DNA of 51,760 nucleotides from Octopus bimaculoides (lineage: Eukaryota). The notes beneath the pieces were generated by a model. It made no database searches and was not told the origin of the DNA. It worked only from the letters and a program-made list of their open reading frames with translations. Below are positions 36,640-48,673 of the stretch, piece by piece (position 1 is the stretch's first letter; each line of letters begins with the position of its first letter). The DNA lies in NCBI RefSeq assembly GCF_001194135.2, contig NC_068996.1, forward strand, positions 38,818,780 through 38,870,539, read 5' to 3'. The translations under genes were made by a program, and so were the position numbers.

Positions 36640-38320
36640 AGAAATAATTACAGAAGCAGCAAATTGCTAGACCAGGTGATGAAAGTTGCAGAAAGGGTTA
36701 TAGCTCAATTAACTAGGGAGAAAGTTAGCGTAGATGAGATGCAGTTTGGATTTCTGCCAAGGAGAAACACAACCAATGCTATCTTCCTGGTTAGGCAACT
36801 GCAGGAGAAATACTTGGCCAAGATGAAACCCCTGTTTCTGACTTTTGCTGATATGCAGAAAGCCTTTGACAGGATCCCCCAATCTCTTACCTGGTGTGCA
36901 ATGTGGAAGCCAGAGACAGATGAGTGGTTAGTGAGAGCTGAGCAATCCATGTGCAGGGAAGCCATTAGTAAGGTGAGAGTCGCCAATGAGTATAGCAAGG
37001 AGTTTAATGTACAAGTAGGAGTCCACCAGGGGTTGGTTCTTAGCCCCCTCTTATTTATCATGGTCTTCCAGTCTATAACTGCAGAATTGAAGACTGGCTG
37101 CCCCTGAGAGCTCCTCTATGCTGATAACCTTGTTCTTATTGCTGAATCACTAACAGAACTAGAGAAAAACTTCAGGTATGGAAGCAAGGTCTGGAATTAA
37201 AGGGACTTAGAGTTAATTTAGCAAAGACCAAAGTATTGATAAGTAGGAAAACAGACAAACTGCAGGTGCCTTCAGGGAGAAGACTCTGCTCAGTATGTAG
37301 AAAAGATGTCAGAGAAACTCCATAAAGTGTACACAATGCAATCTATGGACACATAAGAGGTGATGTGGTATCACTGGATGACTAATGGAGAAAGCAGTCT
37401 TTACATGTGGTAGATGTGCAGGTACATTAAACACCAGGAATGTACAAAAAAATAGACTCCCTTGTATGCCAAGGGTAGTAGACAGTTTCCATTACTTAGG
37501 TGACCAAGTTAGTAGTGGGGGTGGGTGATTGTTCTGAAAGGATAGCTGCTAGAATAAAGATAGGCGGAACAAAGTTCAGAGAGCTACTACCTCTATTAGT
37601 AATGAAGGGCTTCTTCCTCAGAGTGAAAGGCAGATTGTACGATGCCTATGTACATGTCAGAGAGACATGGGCTGTGACTACTGAAGATGTGTGAAGACAT
37701 GAAAGAAATGAAGCCAGTATGCTTTGCTGGATGGGTAATGTCAGTGTGCATATATGACAGAGTGTAAGTGATTATGGGAGAAAAACTGGGTATATGTAGC
37801 ATCAGATGTAGTGTGCAAAAGAGAAGACTGAGCTGGTAAGGCCATGTAATGTGTTTGAATGAGGACAGTTGCATCAAAAGGTTGCCAATCTCTAATTATA
37901 GAGGGAACATGTGGAAGGAGTAGACCCAGGAAGACGGGGGATGATGTGGTGAGACAGAATCTTCAGATACTAGGAGTCACAGAGGGGATGACAGAGGACT
38001 GAGGCTCCTGGCAATTTGCTGTGCTTGAAAAGACATGTCAAGCTAAGTAAAAGTGTGGTTGTCCACTGCAACCCTCTCTAACTGACCATCCCTAACTTTG
38101 AAGGCTTGTAGGTGCTGGTGCTACAAAAAAAAAACACCTATACTAGTGCTGTGTAAAAGTACCCAGTACACTCTGTAGAGTGATTGGCATTAGGAAGGGC
38201 ATCCAGCTAAAGAAACCATGCCAAAACAGACATGGAGCCCAAACAGCCCTTCAGCTGGTCAGCTTCTGTCAAACTGTCCAACTCATGCTAGCATGGAAAG
38301 CAGACATTGGTTAGTTGTTC
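36640..38320 (+). mobile_element. RTE LINE, 5'-truncated, decayed
   Basis: ORF 36664..37107 QFGFLPRRNTTNAIF..KAFDRIP..GVHQGLVLSPLLF; tail at 38150-38310. Confidence 0.9.
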
Positions 38321-38369
38321 CTAGGTCTGAAAAAAGTAGTGATATTAATGTCTTTGGTTAAGGCCAGTC

Positions 38370-38436
38370 AGAAAGTTAATATTGGTTTCATGTTTATTAT
38401 TGGTGTTAGCAATATAGGTAACTCATCAGACTTGCT
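38370..38436 (-). ncRNA. Degenerate hammerhead-like motif (variant 2)
   Basis: AGCAAGT-CTGATGA-GTTACCTAT...-GAAACC-AAT-ATTA-ACTTTCT; stems II and III damaged. Confidence 0.4.
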
Positions 38437-38489
38437 AGCTAAATGCTTGTAACCTCTTTACTAATGGAGGGAAGAATACAATCTCGGCC

Positions 38490-38930
38490 GGGAGTGTGTG
38501 TGTGTCTGTGTGTGTGTTACACGGCGGCCTAGGCGGACGAGAAAGAAGAAGCAGGCCGAGCGAGTCGTGGCGGCAGCAGCAGCAGCGAGAAGGAAGCGAT
38601 TGGGAGCGAGCAAAGAGAATGCGGACGCCTCGGCGGCGGACTGCCGCCGCCGAACTGCCGGCGCGATGGAAAGGCCGACGTGTCGGCTGCGATACGAGCC
38701 ACGCGGCTGGTACCGTACCCGTGACAGGGTCCGATTCGCGAGTTTGCGGGTCGGGCCCGGGGGAATAGTCACGCTCTAGGTGACCCTCATACCCCAAGGG
38801 GGTCCAGACTACTATGTAGGGTAGTCGTCGATCGGACGGTCGTTCCCTATGACTCGCACCCCGAACCGCAGCCGATTGGAAGGCAGACGGTTGTGAAAGA
38901 AACCCTGAAATGAAATTCTCGAACATGAAA
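38490..38930. promoter_or_regulatory. Isolated CpG-rich, GC-rich island
   Basis: Dense CG dinucleotides and GGC/GCA runs in an otherwise AT-rich, CpG-poor window; function not shown. Confidence 0.35.
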
Positions 38931-39569
38931 ACCCCTGCTAGATGAGATGGAGTTATCTCTCTTAGATTGGTTTTTGTTGTGTCTAAAAAAATGGGTCAGT
39001 TTATGTACAAAATCTATTCACTTATCACAAAAGGGGAATTTCATATCTCCAACATGAATTTTCTCTCATGAGAGCACTGGCTAAACATCTCATATTTGGA
39101 ATTTAAGAAGCCCACACAGGTCCAACAAACTTTTTAGGATCCTTGTCCTCTTGGCCAAGCAAAGTTTGCATCATCTGCTCCTCTTGAAGTTGGTCCAGGC
39201 TGTTCCAGGGGCCTCCATTTAATCTTGTATAATGTCTCCTCTTATTTTAAATGCCATGTGTAGTTAATTAAAGATGTATAGTTGCACCTCTCTGAGATCT
39301 AAAAAGATGACCTGTGGTTATTTAGTCAAAACTTGAAGGGGTCGTCCATTGCTCCAATATATTTTTGTGTATGTGTCCTTACATTGCCAGTGTTGTTGTT
39401 GTTGTTGCTGCTGCTATTACTGGCAGACACCACCTTTACCATGTAGCCCATGGTCTTAGAGTTCCATCGACTGTCCACTGGGCATTCACTGTTAACCTCA
39501 CATGAACATCCTGTGTTTGTACAGGGCTCAGGAGAATTAAATAAAAAATTTTTTCACAACCATTGCTGA

Positions 39570-39637
39570 CCAACGTTTGATGTGTCACCTATGTTCCTAA
39601 GAGAAATAACAGAGAAGAAAGCAATGGTAACTTTCTG
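39570..39637 (+). ncRNA. Degenerate hammerhead-like motif (variant 2)
   Basis: TTGATGT-GTCACCTAT...GAAAGC-AAT-GGTA-ACTTTCTG; the CUGANGA core is mutated. Confidence 0.3.
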
Positions 39638-39676
39638 ACAGGCCATAACCAATGACTACTTTAAATATATATATCT

Positions 39677-39836
39677 CGGAGTGGTTGGCGTTAGGAAGGG
39701 CATCCAGCTATAGAAACTCTGTCAAATCAGATTGGAGCCTGGTGTAGCCACCTGGTTCATCAGTCCTCAGTCAAATCGTCCAACCCATGCTAGCATGGAA
39801 AGCGGACGTTAAACAAGGATGATGATGATGATGATA
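39677..39836 (+). mobile_element. RTE-type 3' tail
   Basis: ctcggagtggttggcgttaggaagggcatccagc...gatgatgatg. Confidence 0.85.
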
Positions 39837-40614
39837 TGTGCTTAAGTTCCTGTTGAAGAACTGGGAAGTTTCTCCTCTATCTGATTAACTGTACCATTAA
39901 CTCTAATTCAGTATTTTTTCAGTCTTATAACTTACAGGCTAAGGGAGGTAACTCTTTTCACCTCTTGCTTCTTTCTGATTACTTTTTCATTTTCTGGGTT
40001 TTTAACCTTCCACTTTTTTTATATACTTCCTTCTCACCTTTTCTGATTTCTTCTCTCAATCAATTTTTGGTTCATTATGCCATGTGGGCTGTGTTGATGA
40101 TTGTTCGAAGATGTCAGATGTGTTATAGAATATTATTTAGCATGCTCTCAACACATGAAACTAGTAGTAGCACATAAAAACATGTATTGTGTCTATCAAA
40201 CAATATTTATCTGTCCTCAGATGGAGTACTTTTTTTGTTGATCTACCATCAAAGAACAGTACATTACATATAAATGAAGCTATATCCTTTAATTTGCTGC
40301 TTTTCTTTACATGAACTGAGAAGATACATTTCAGAACTGTTATTTTAACAAAGTTATATCTAATTATCACCTGAAGAAACACATCTGCACTGATGGATGC
40401 TCTTAAACCAATTGTTGGGTATTCCACCCATAAGGGATCGATGCTGGATGGGTTGAAACAATTGTAGGGATTAATAAAAATTCTTGTATCTATCGTTTTC
40501 CATCTTCCGTCTCTCTCATTAACTAAATATATACATTTTATATTCACTACAAATTGCTCGAAGCTAACTCTCTTCCTGCACCTTGATCCTGATCTTACAT
40601 CTATATATATATAT

Positions 40615-40946
40615 ACCTTGTGTCCGCGGTATGTGTAATGACTTTCGAGCGAGATCGTTGCCAGTGCTCCTGGACTGGCTGTTGTGCGGGTGGCACATAA
40701 AATACACCATTTTGAGCGTGGCTGTTGCCAGTACTGCCTGACTGGCCTTCGTGCCGGTGACATGTAAAAGCACCCACTACACTGTCTGAGTGGTTGGCGT
40801 TAGGAAGGGTATCCAGCTGTAGAAACTCTGCTAAATCAGATTGGAGCCTGGTGTAGCCATCTGGTTTCACCAGTCCTCAGTCAAATCGTCCAACCCATGC
40901 TAGCATGGAAAGTGGACGTTAAATGACGATAATGATGATGATGATG
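40615..40946 (+). mobile_element. RTE-type 3' tail with upstream repeats
   Basis: Tail consensus, close to 42180-42506. Confidence 0.85.
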
Positions 40947-41174
40947 CTGTAAGAAACTATTCTACTTTCTATGTTCTATGTTATATATTTTGATAATTAC
41001 TGATATTTTTATATATGTAAAGCATAATATGTTATACATGTATTTATATTTTTATAATTGTTTTTTTAAAAAGTAAATAAATAGACATAATATAATGTCT
41101 AAAAGTTGATGAATACCACCTCTTGATCCCCTCCATTTTCATATTGCTATATATTTATGTATAATGTGCAGAAA

Positions 41175-41450
41175 ACAACCTTTGCCACACTCCAGGGAGA
41201 AAAACTAGAAGTAGTTGATAGCTTCCGTTATCTAGGTGACCATGTTAGTAGCCGAGGAGGGTGCACTGAAAGTGTAGCTGCTAGAATAATAATAGCTTGG
41301 GCAAAGTTCAGAGACCTCTTACCTCTCCTGGTGACAAAGGGCCTCTCGCTCAGAGTAAAAGGCAGACTGTATGACGCATGTGTACGAACAGCCATGCTAC
41401 ATGGCAGTGAAACATGGGCTGTAATTGTTGAGGACATGCGTTGTTATGTC
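41175..41450 (+). mobile_element. RTE LINE ORF fragment
   Basis: KLEVVDSFRYLGD..AWAKFRDLLPLL..YDACVRTAMLHGSETW. Confidence 0.85.
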
Positions 41451-41795
41451 CCGTTGTTATGTCATGTTATTTGTATTTGTGTAACATTCTCCTTTTTTTT
41501 CCATCCTTGTTTTCATATACATTCGCTGCTTTCTTCCAAGGAATCTAATGCTCTTAGCTTAGTTTTTCCTTGGGGTTGACCAGATAGGAGCAATCTTGAG
41601 TATAACCAGCCGAAATTGCAAAGATAATCTGGAACTCAACTGAGGAAAGAAAACTCCGAATGATCCGTCCTTCTTTTCTTTGTATCGTCTATCTGGATGT
41701 TTTGTTGTCCCTTTTTTGTATCACCTAATTGTCTGGATGTTTTGCATTCTTGCCCCATTTTGTATTTTTTATATATAATATATACATACATACAT

Positions 41796-41838
<43 letters not shown>

Positions 41839-41949
41839 AGTTAATTAAATGATATATTATTAACCTCTTAAAGAGATGATTACATCTACAAAAACACTGG
41901 TTCTATACCTAATATTTTGGGGAAATAAAATTTCCATAAATCAATAGGA

Positions 41950-42506
41950 CAACTGGCACCCATGCCAACCTCTCCTTCATTGGACACTAAACTCTGCATG
42001 TGAAGACCTGTTGGGGCAAGTGAAATCGAAATCGTGATTGAACCAAATTCGATGACTGACACTCGTGCCAGTGGAGCATTAACAGCACCATCCGAGCATG
42101 ATCATTGCCAGAGCAGCTGCCTGGCTTCCGTGCTAATGGCCCATAAATAGCACCATTTGAGTGTGATCATTACCAACGTCACCTTAGTGGCACTTGTGCC
42201 AGTGGTACGTTAGAAAATCATTTGAGCGAGGTCGTTGCCAGTGACGCTGGACTGGCTCCTGTGCAGGTGGCACGTAAAAGACACCATTTCGAGCGTGGCC
42301 GTTTTCGTGCAGGTGACACGTAAAAGCACCCACTACACTCTCTGAGTGGTTGGCGTTAGGAAGGGCATCCAGCTGTAGAAACTCTGCCAAATCAGATTGG
42401 AGCCTGGTGTAGCCATCAGGTTTCACCAGTCCTCAGTCAAATCGTCCAACCCATGCTAGAATGGAAAGCGGACGTTAAACGATGATGATGATGATGACGA
42501 TGATGA
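41950..42506 (+). mobile_element. RTE LINE 3' UTR with imperfect tandem repeats of about 60 bp and (GAT)n tail
   Basis: caccatttgagcg...gttgccag units repeated; tail consensus. Confidence 0.8.
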
Positions 42507-43131
42507 TATATATGCATGTGATTATTACCATGAACCTTTTATTACCATATAATTCCACACACATATATTGAGAAACTGTTATGATTAGATATTTTCTGAA
42601 ATGCTTAACCGATTGTAAACTAATTAAAATTTCTCCAACCAACGGGCACTGATCAATACATTGAGTTTATACCTTTCTATCTTATTTTATTTTTGTTCTA
42701 CTTTTATTTATTTGTTTTTTTTTGTATTTTTGTCTTATTTATTTTACATTTCGTACCTTTTATTTTTATTTTCATTGTATTTACTTTTTATATTATCTTA
42801 TTTTATTCTATCTTATTATTCATTGTACTTTATTTCTTATTATATTCAAATTAATCCGTTAACCCTCACAGACACGCACAAAAACATAAAATAAAATAAC
42901 TCCATATATTTAGTCTGCCAGTATGAACTAAGAGGTCAACATGTAATCTTTTATTGTATATCTTTTTCCCTGATGATATTGTGTTCATATCTTATAAATG
43001 AAAATTTAAAGCATAAATTTGTAATTTATCTAATAAGCATAATTGAAACAGCTGTAGGAAGTATGAAGTATCACTTTATTAATAAATAATTATTAACTTT
43101 CAACTGTCCATTTTCTTGCACCTCCTCTTAC

Positions 43132-43164
<33 letters not shown>

Positions 43165-43165
<1 letters not shown>

Positions 43166-43750
43166 TTGGGTATGATCACTAGTGATGGTGACGTTATGCC
43201 TCCATTTATCTTCCTGCATGGCCTCAGACTCAATACAGAGGCCTACATCAAGTGCCTGAAGGAGGTAATGCTGCCCTGAGTCAAAAGGGTGGCTGCTGGA
43301 AGACCCTATGTCTGGCAACACGACTCTGCCCTAGGCCACACAAGCAGGAGAACCCAGTCATGGCTGTCATACAATTTCTGCAGCTACATCACCCCAAACA
43401 TCAGGCCACCTAACTCCCCAGACTGCACCCCCCCACTTGATTATTACATGTGGGGCACAGGTGAGCGAGAGACCAACAAAACTCCTTGTAACACCAAAAA
43501 TGAACTGAAGGCAAGGATTATGATAGCATTCACCATCTTAAACAAGGAGGCTGTCCAGAAGAGCTGCAGGAGACTCTGAAGTCATCTGGAGGCTGTGGTT
43601 GAAGCTGATGGCGATTTTATTGAATTAATTTACTCTTTGGTATTTCAAGATATTTTTATGTAAATTTGGTAAATATATCTATTAAAATGAGATGTTAATA
43701 TTATTTTCATTTTTGCATAATTTAGACGACAATTTATTCACTGCACCCTG
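43165..43750 (+). mobile_element. 3' half of a maT-like (DD37D-type) transposon
   Basis: GRPYVWQHDSA..RPPNSPDC.PPLDYYMWG; ends caccctg|TA like the 2491-4175 TIR. Confidence 0.75.
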
Positions 43751-43989
43751 TATCTATGTTCATGTTACCAGTAGCACTTGAGAGCAACCTGACAATCTGT
43801 TGATGGTCAGGTTGGCAGTGACTAAACTGGCAACCCCACTGAGCTTGCTTGATGGGGAGAATGATTGTTGGACATCCTGCAGGACAAAAATCAAAACCTG
43901 TCAAAGGGCAGGTGAACTCATGAGGGGTCAATGGTCATCCAACAAATGTATATATTGTTTTCATATATCTTATTGATATTGTTAAATCT

Positions 43990-44260
43990 CATATATTTTT
44001 ACTTTCTTATGTATTTATATATATGTACGGGGCAGATGGGGCTCCTTAGCCATGGTGAAGGCAACCCATTTAGGAAAAGGAAAACTCTGATATAAAACCA
44101 GGTTTGTGGTTGCTGACGGTACTCTTAGCTGGTGTACTTTATCAGCATTTACTTACTCTGGGCTTTGTAGCTTTTGAACAACTAGACTAAGAGAAGGCCA
44201 CTCTGATCTGAAATCTACGATCAATTTCGCATCTGACACGTGGCACATTGTGCACCAGTA
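43990..44260 (+). mobile_element. Possible RTE/BovB-like 5' UTR remnant
   Basis: ggcaacccatttaggaaaaggaaaactctg motif recalled from RTE 5' UTRs; related motif on the minus strand near 47870-47900. Confidence 0.35.
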
Positions 44261-44342
44261 TAGGTAAATGCTTTTTCGATGGAGAGAATATGCATTGTGC
44301 TGCACAAGTAATGACCACTATAAACAAAATTATGTACAGGTA

Positions 44343-44557
44343 AAGTAGTTGTATGCTGTCAACTTAATGTGACAGTCCCCTGAAGGGAATAATGCTACTG
44401 TTGGTTAGACTTAGGAAGCTGCACCACTTCTTGTCGGCCTCGACACATTTACTGTGTCAAGGCTGACAAGAAGCAGTGCAGCTTCCTAGGTCTAACCAAC
44501 AGTAGTATTATTCCCTTCAGGGGATTGTCACATTAAGTTGTCAGCATACGACTACTT
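44343..44557. repeat. Fold-back hairpin: 105-bp arms, 5-nt loop
   Basis: 44343-44447 versus revcomp of 44453-44557: 9 differences, no indels; loop TTTAC. Confidence 0.95.
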
Positions 44558-44929
44558 CTTCGTATTACTACTGCATAAATCTCTCTGGGAGATTTAGAAA
44601 TGTATTATTTCTAAATATGTACAGGTAGTTCTGTGAAATACCATCAGAAAATACCCCCAACATGTTTTGTGCCCCCATCACAAAAAATCATATGAAGATG
44701 AAGAGATAGCAATGACAATAGGTGAAGGATGCCACTGGAATTTTTTAGCTTGAACTTCCTACATAGGTAATGAAAGATGGATGGCTGCTTCACACAACAC
44801 TTGCAATTAATTCATGTCCTCCTTTCACAACAGAGCAGCCTTGTTTAGGATGGCACTGCTTTCCTCCAATGGAAGAAGGCTCAAGAAAATGCAACCTAAA
44901 AATTGCTTACTTGCATTGCTCCTTGTCAT

Positions 44930-46006
44930 GAGGTGCAAGTGACCGGGCATCCACACCGGCTCCAGAAAATTAAGCATATCGAAAACAAAAACCTTTCCAT
45001 TGCATCTTGGAATGTGTGAACTCTTCAGGACAGCAAGAAAAACATAGAATGTAGGACCACTTGGTTACCAGTGCCTTGAAGGAGAAAAACATTGGAATAG
45101 CAGCTTTTTCAGAAACCAGACTATCAAAGTGTGGTCAGTTACAAGAAATTGATGGATACACTTTTTTCTGGATGGGTAAGCCTCAGGAAGTAAAGAAAGA
45201 GGTAGGTGTTGGGTTTGTTATTCAGAATGACTTTGTGAAATGTCTTGAATCTTAGCCAGTTGATATTAATGAAAGACTAATGTCATTTTGTATCTGCATT
45301 GGTAAAAATAAATATGCAACTATTTTCAGCTGCTATGCCCCAACCATGAACTCAAATGAAGTAATCAAAGAGCAGTTCTACTCTGAGCTATGTAGCCATT
45401 TGAGAGGAGTTTCCATCCATGATAAACTTCTTGGTGATTTCAATGCACACATAGGTTGTGATACATCCATATTTGTTGATATAATAGGGAAGCATAGAGG
45501 TGGCAAGGCAAACTCAAATGGCCATCTGCTGCTATTGCTTTGCAGTGAATATAGACTTTAGATTATCAATACTATTTTCCAACTCCCCAGCCAGCACAAA
45601 ACTACCTGGAAGCATCTCTGATCCAACCATTATCACCTCATTGATTACATAATTGTGAGGTCTTCCATGAGGCAAGATGTCCAAGTAACACACTTTTTTC
45701 TCCATTGGTGAGTGTGTCTAAGCATACAGTGAAAGGGGAATTTTACTATCTGCAGTCCTATTTGTAACAATTAATCTCTCTAAATTTGTCGCAGATTGGC
45801 TGACCGAAAATTCTACGATTTGTCAATTCTATTTCACTATTATTGGCATTTGCTGTTTCATTAAATTGTTACCCAAAATCCCAAAGAATATTTTTCTCCT
45901 TCATGTTCTATGCCTGACCACCCTAATTCTGGCCCCCTTCTCTCTCTCTTTGCCTCATTGTCTCTCTCTCTGCCTCACTGTCTCTCTCTCTCTCTTTCTG
46001 CCTCAC

Positions 46007-46083
<77 letters not shown>

Positions 46084-46374
46084 GCCTGTCTCTCTCTCTC
46101 TTTCAATTTACCGCTTGATTCACCAACACTTCTCCCCCTCTTCCACCATCCCCATCCTATATAAACTAGCACATGCACTCGGATTCCCCTACTCGATTTT
46201 CAATACCTCTGCCAAAAGAATATGAATCTCAGAAGATGCTCAGTGGTTGGCATTAGGAAGGGCATCCAGCTGTAGGAACTCTGCCAGATCAGATTGGAGC
46301 CTGGTGCAGCCATCTGGCTCATGAGTCCTCAGTCAAACCGTCCAACCCATGCCAGCATGGAAAGTGGACGTTAA

Positions 46375-46425
<51 letters not shown>

Positions 46426-47170
46426 CACTTGACCAATTTGAAAAGTGGATGTGATAAAGCTGATGAACAGTGACAGTTTAACTTCATTTCAAACAACCTG
46501 TGACAACAAACTTGCTGGCATCTCAGACAACACAGATATGGAATCAGTGTGGTCTGTTTTTAAAAATGCTTCATTTGAGTCATCTTGTGAAACACTCAGG
46601 TATGTTAAGAGGAAGCACCAAGACTGGTTTGACTCAAATGATCCAAACATCTCTCCTCTTTTGAACAATAAGCACAAGTACCACTGTCTATGGATGTCAA
46701 GCAAAAAGAATTCCACAAAACGTGAGTTTAAAAAGGTCAGAAATACATACCAATACAAACTGAGGCAAATGAAACAGACATGGTGGTAAAAAAAAAGACA
46801 CAAGAGTTGCAGGATGCTGCAGTCAGATGTGACTTCAAGTCATTCTATCAGAATTTAAAGAGTGTTTTTGAACCTGTGTCTGGTGGTGCAATTCCCATAC
46901 TTTCAATTTAAGGTAATCTTTTGACAGACGAGTAGGAAATCACGAAGTGCTGAAAAGAGCATTTTTCAAATGTTCTGAAAATGGACTCAATTGCTGATGA
47001 GGAACTGATCAACAACCTACCACAGAGACATGCCTTTGAAAATATACCAGTTGCTCCATTAAATACTGAGATAAAAAAAAAAGGTGGGGGGGGGGGGTAT
47101 AAAACAGCTCACAAATTGAAAATTGTCCGGGAATGAGGGCATATCAGCTGAGATATATAAATGTGATAGC
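44930..47170 (+). mobile_element. RTE/BovB-like LINE 5' part (endonuclease to linker), interrupted at about 45700-46425
   Basis: IASWNV.TL; AFSETRL..YTFFWMGKP..GVGFVI; CYAPTM..LGDFNAHIG; KRKHQDWFD resumes after the inserted tail and (TCTG)n. Confidence 0.8.
46240..46424 (+). mobile_element. RTE-type 3' tail with long (GAT)n
   Basis: Tail consensus. Confidence 0.85.
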
Positions 47171-48059
47171 AATCTTCTGTTGAACATTATGAGATAAAAA
47201 AAAATATAGCATTAGTCAAGCGGTTAAACTGAAATATTTGACTATAACCTTTCCCCAAATATTTGTGGGTGTGTACTGTGTTAGAAATTCTTACTATCAT
47301 TAAGGGCTACAGTTTCAAAACAGTAGACTAGTAGAAGAAATGCTTAGCTTTATTTGATTATTTCCCTTTATATTGTCAGTTCAAATCCCACCAATGTCCT
47401 TCCCTATCTGTTGTCAATTACATAAGTAACAATAGATCACTAGGAATCAATTCAATAATCTTGTATTATAAAAAAAAAAGCTGATCTCCATCTGTTTGTC
47501 CACAACAACATCTTTCTAGAGGAAAGGAAGAAGAGGAAGAATCAAGAGGAGAAATAACCCCTGTCACAACGGAAAATTAGAAACATTTTGCCTGGCATGT
47601 TAATAATTGTGCTAGCTCGCTGCCTTCTGGGCAATGAATATTGATCTCTAATCACACTGATGGCAGGTTCATGTCTGAAGATGGTAAGGAAAAATGGCGT
47701 GCTCTCAAGCAGCAATGTAAACTGATCCTTATTGCTGCAAGACTTTTCTTCCTGCTTGCACTCCATAGTTTTAAAGTGAGAGTCAGTCAGCATAACCCAA
47801 TCCTACTCTTTAGACTTGGAGGTCAATGGGCTGAGATGGCTGTGGTGACCAGAAAACTGTAGGTTTTACCCTGGAGTGGCCTTCTCCTAGATCAATTGCC
47901 TTATGAGGATGGAGAGCTCCATCTTTCTTGGAGTTGCCAGAAAGATATCAAAATGGGGACTAGACTGCTTGAGGGGCTCCATTCTTTGATTTGCTGTTGA
48001 TGCTGACTTCCCTGGTCTCTATCCTTTCCTAAGACACTCAAAAAGCAATGAGGGTTTGT

Positions 48060-48380
48060 ACTTGGCATTTCTTCCCTGGGTAAAAGGTAAAGACCCCCTT
48101 CAGTCATGAATGACCATGGAATTACACATGGAAAGTCTGGGCAAGGTTGTTTATGGAAGCCCTCTCCAGCCTCCCCTCTCCAAGCCATCGATGTTATCCA
48201 GGGAAGGGCAAAGGTCGATACAGTTTGGCACCAATAATGTTGAAATTCATTTCTACAGCTTAGTGAACTGGAATAACGTGAAATAAAGTATCTTGCTCAA
48301 GAACACAACGCAGAGCCTGATCCGGGAATCAAGCTCACTACCTCATGATTGTGAGCCCAACACTCTAATCAGTGAGTTAT
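48060..48380 (-). mobile_element. tRNA-derived SINE, family 3-like head
   Basis: Revcomp gcgttgtgttcttgagcaagatactttatttcacgtt matches 48747-48783. Confidence 0.65.
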
Positions 48381-48673
48381 GTGATTCCACCATATTAATT
48401 AACTCATAACTTGGACTCTGACAGGTGTTACTACCCTGGGGCAGAGTAGACCTGAAAACAATAATGGCTGAGAGGTGGTTCCACTCTCCTCAAAATCCTG
48501 GAATTCTTGAAACAGGCCCCCCACTACCAGTTTAAAGTCATACCCAGGACTGTAATCATACTAACTCACAACTAATCCACTTTAATAAATGAGAATAGAT
48601 ATTTCACTCATTGTGTCCCCCACTGGTTACAAACAACAGGTACTAGTCTTCCACTTACATTTCATACAAGTTT

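Larger units (their letters stand above)
38355..39660 (-). mobile_element. Penelope-like element remnant with hammerhead-bearing pLTR-like ends and an internal GC-rich block
   Basis: 39530-39050 reads CSCEVNSECPV..KYIGAMDDPFKF*LNNHRSSF..YTWHLK..CKLCLAKRTRIL..LLNSKYEMFSQCSHERKFML; ends homologous to 10210-10345. Confidence 0.7.

Noticed and set aside
38435-38926. Four overlapping ORFs as a protein-coding gene
   Set aside because: Open frames on both strands are expected from high GC content; no recognisable domain or convincing splice donor.
41595-41670. GAAA...ATC...CTGAGGA as a type II hammerhead
   Set aside because: Stems I and II do not pair.
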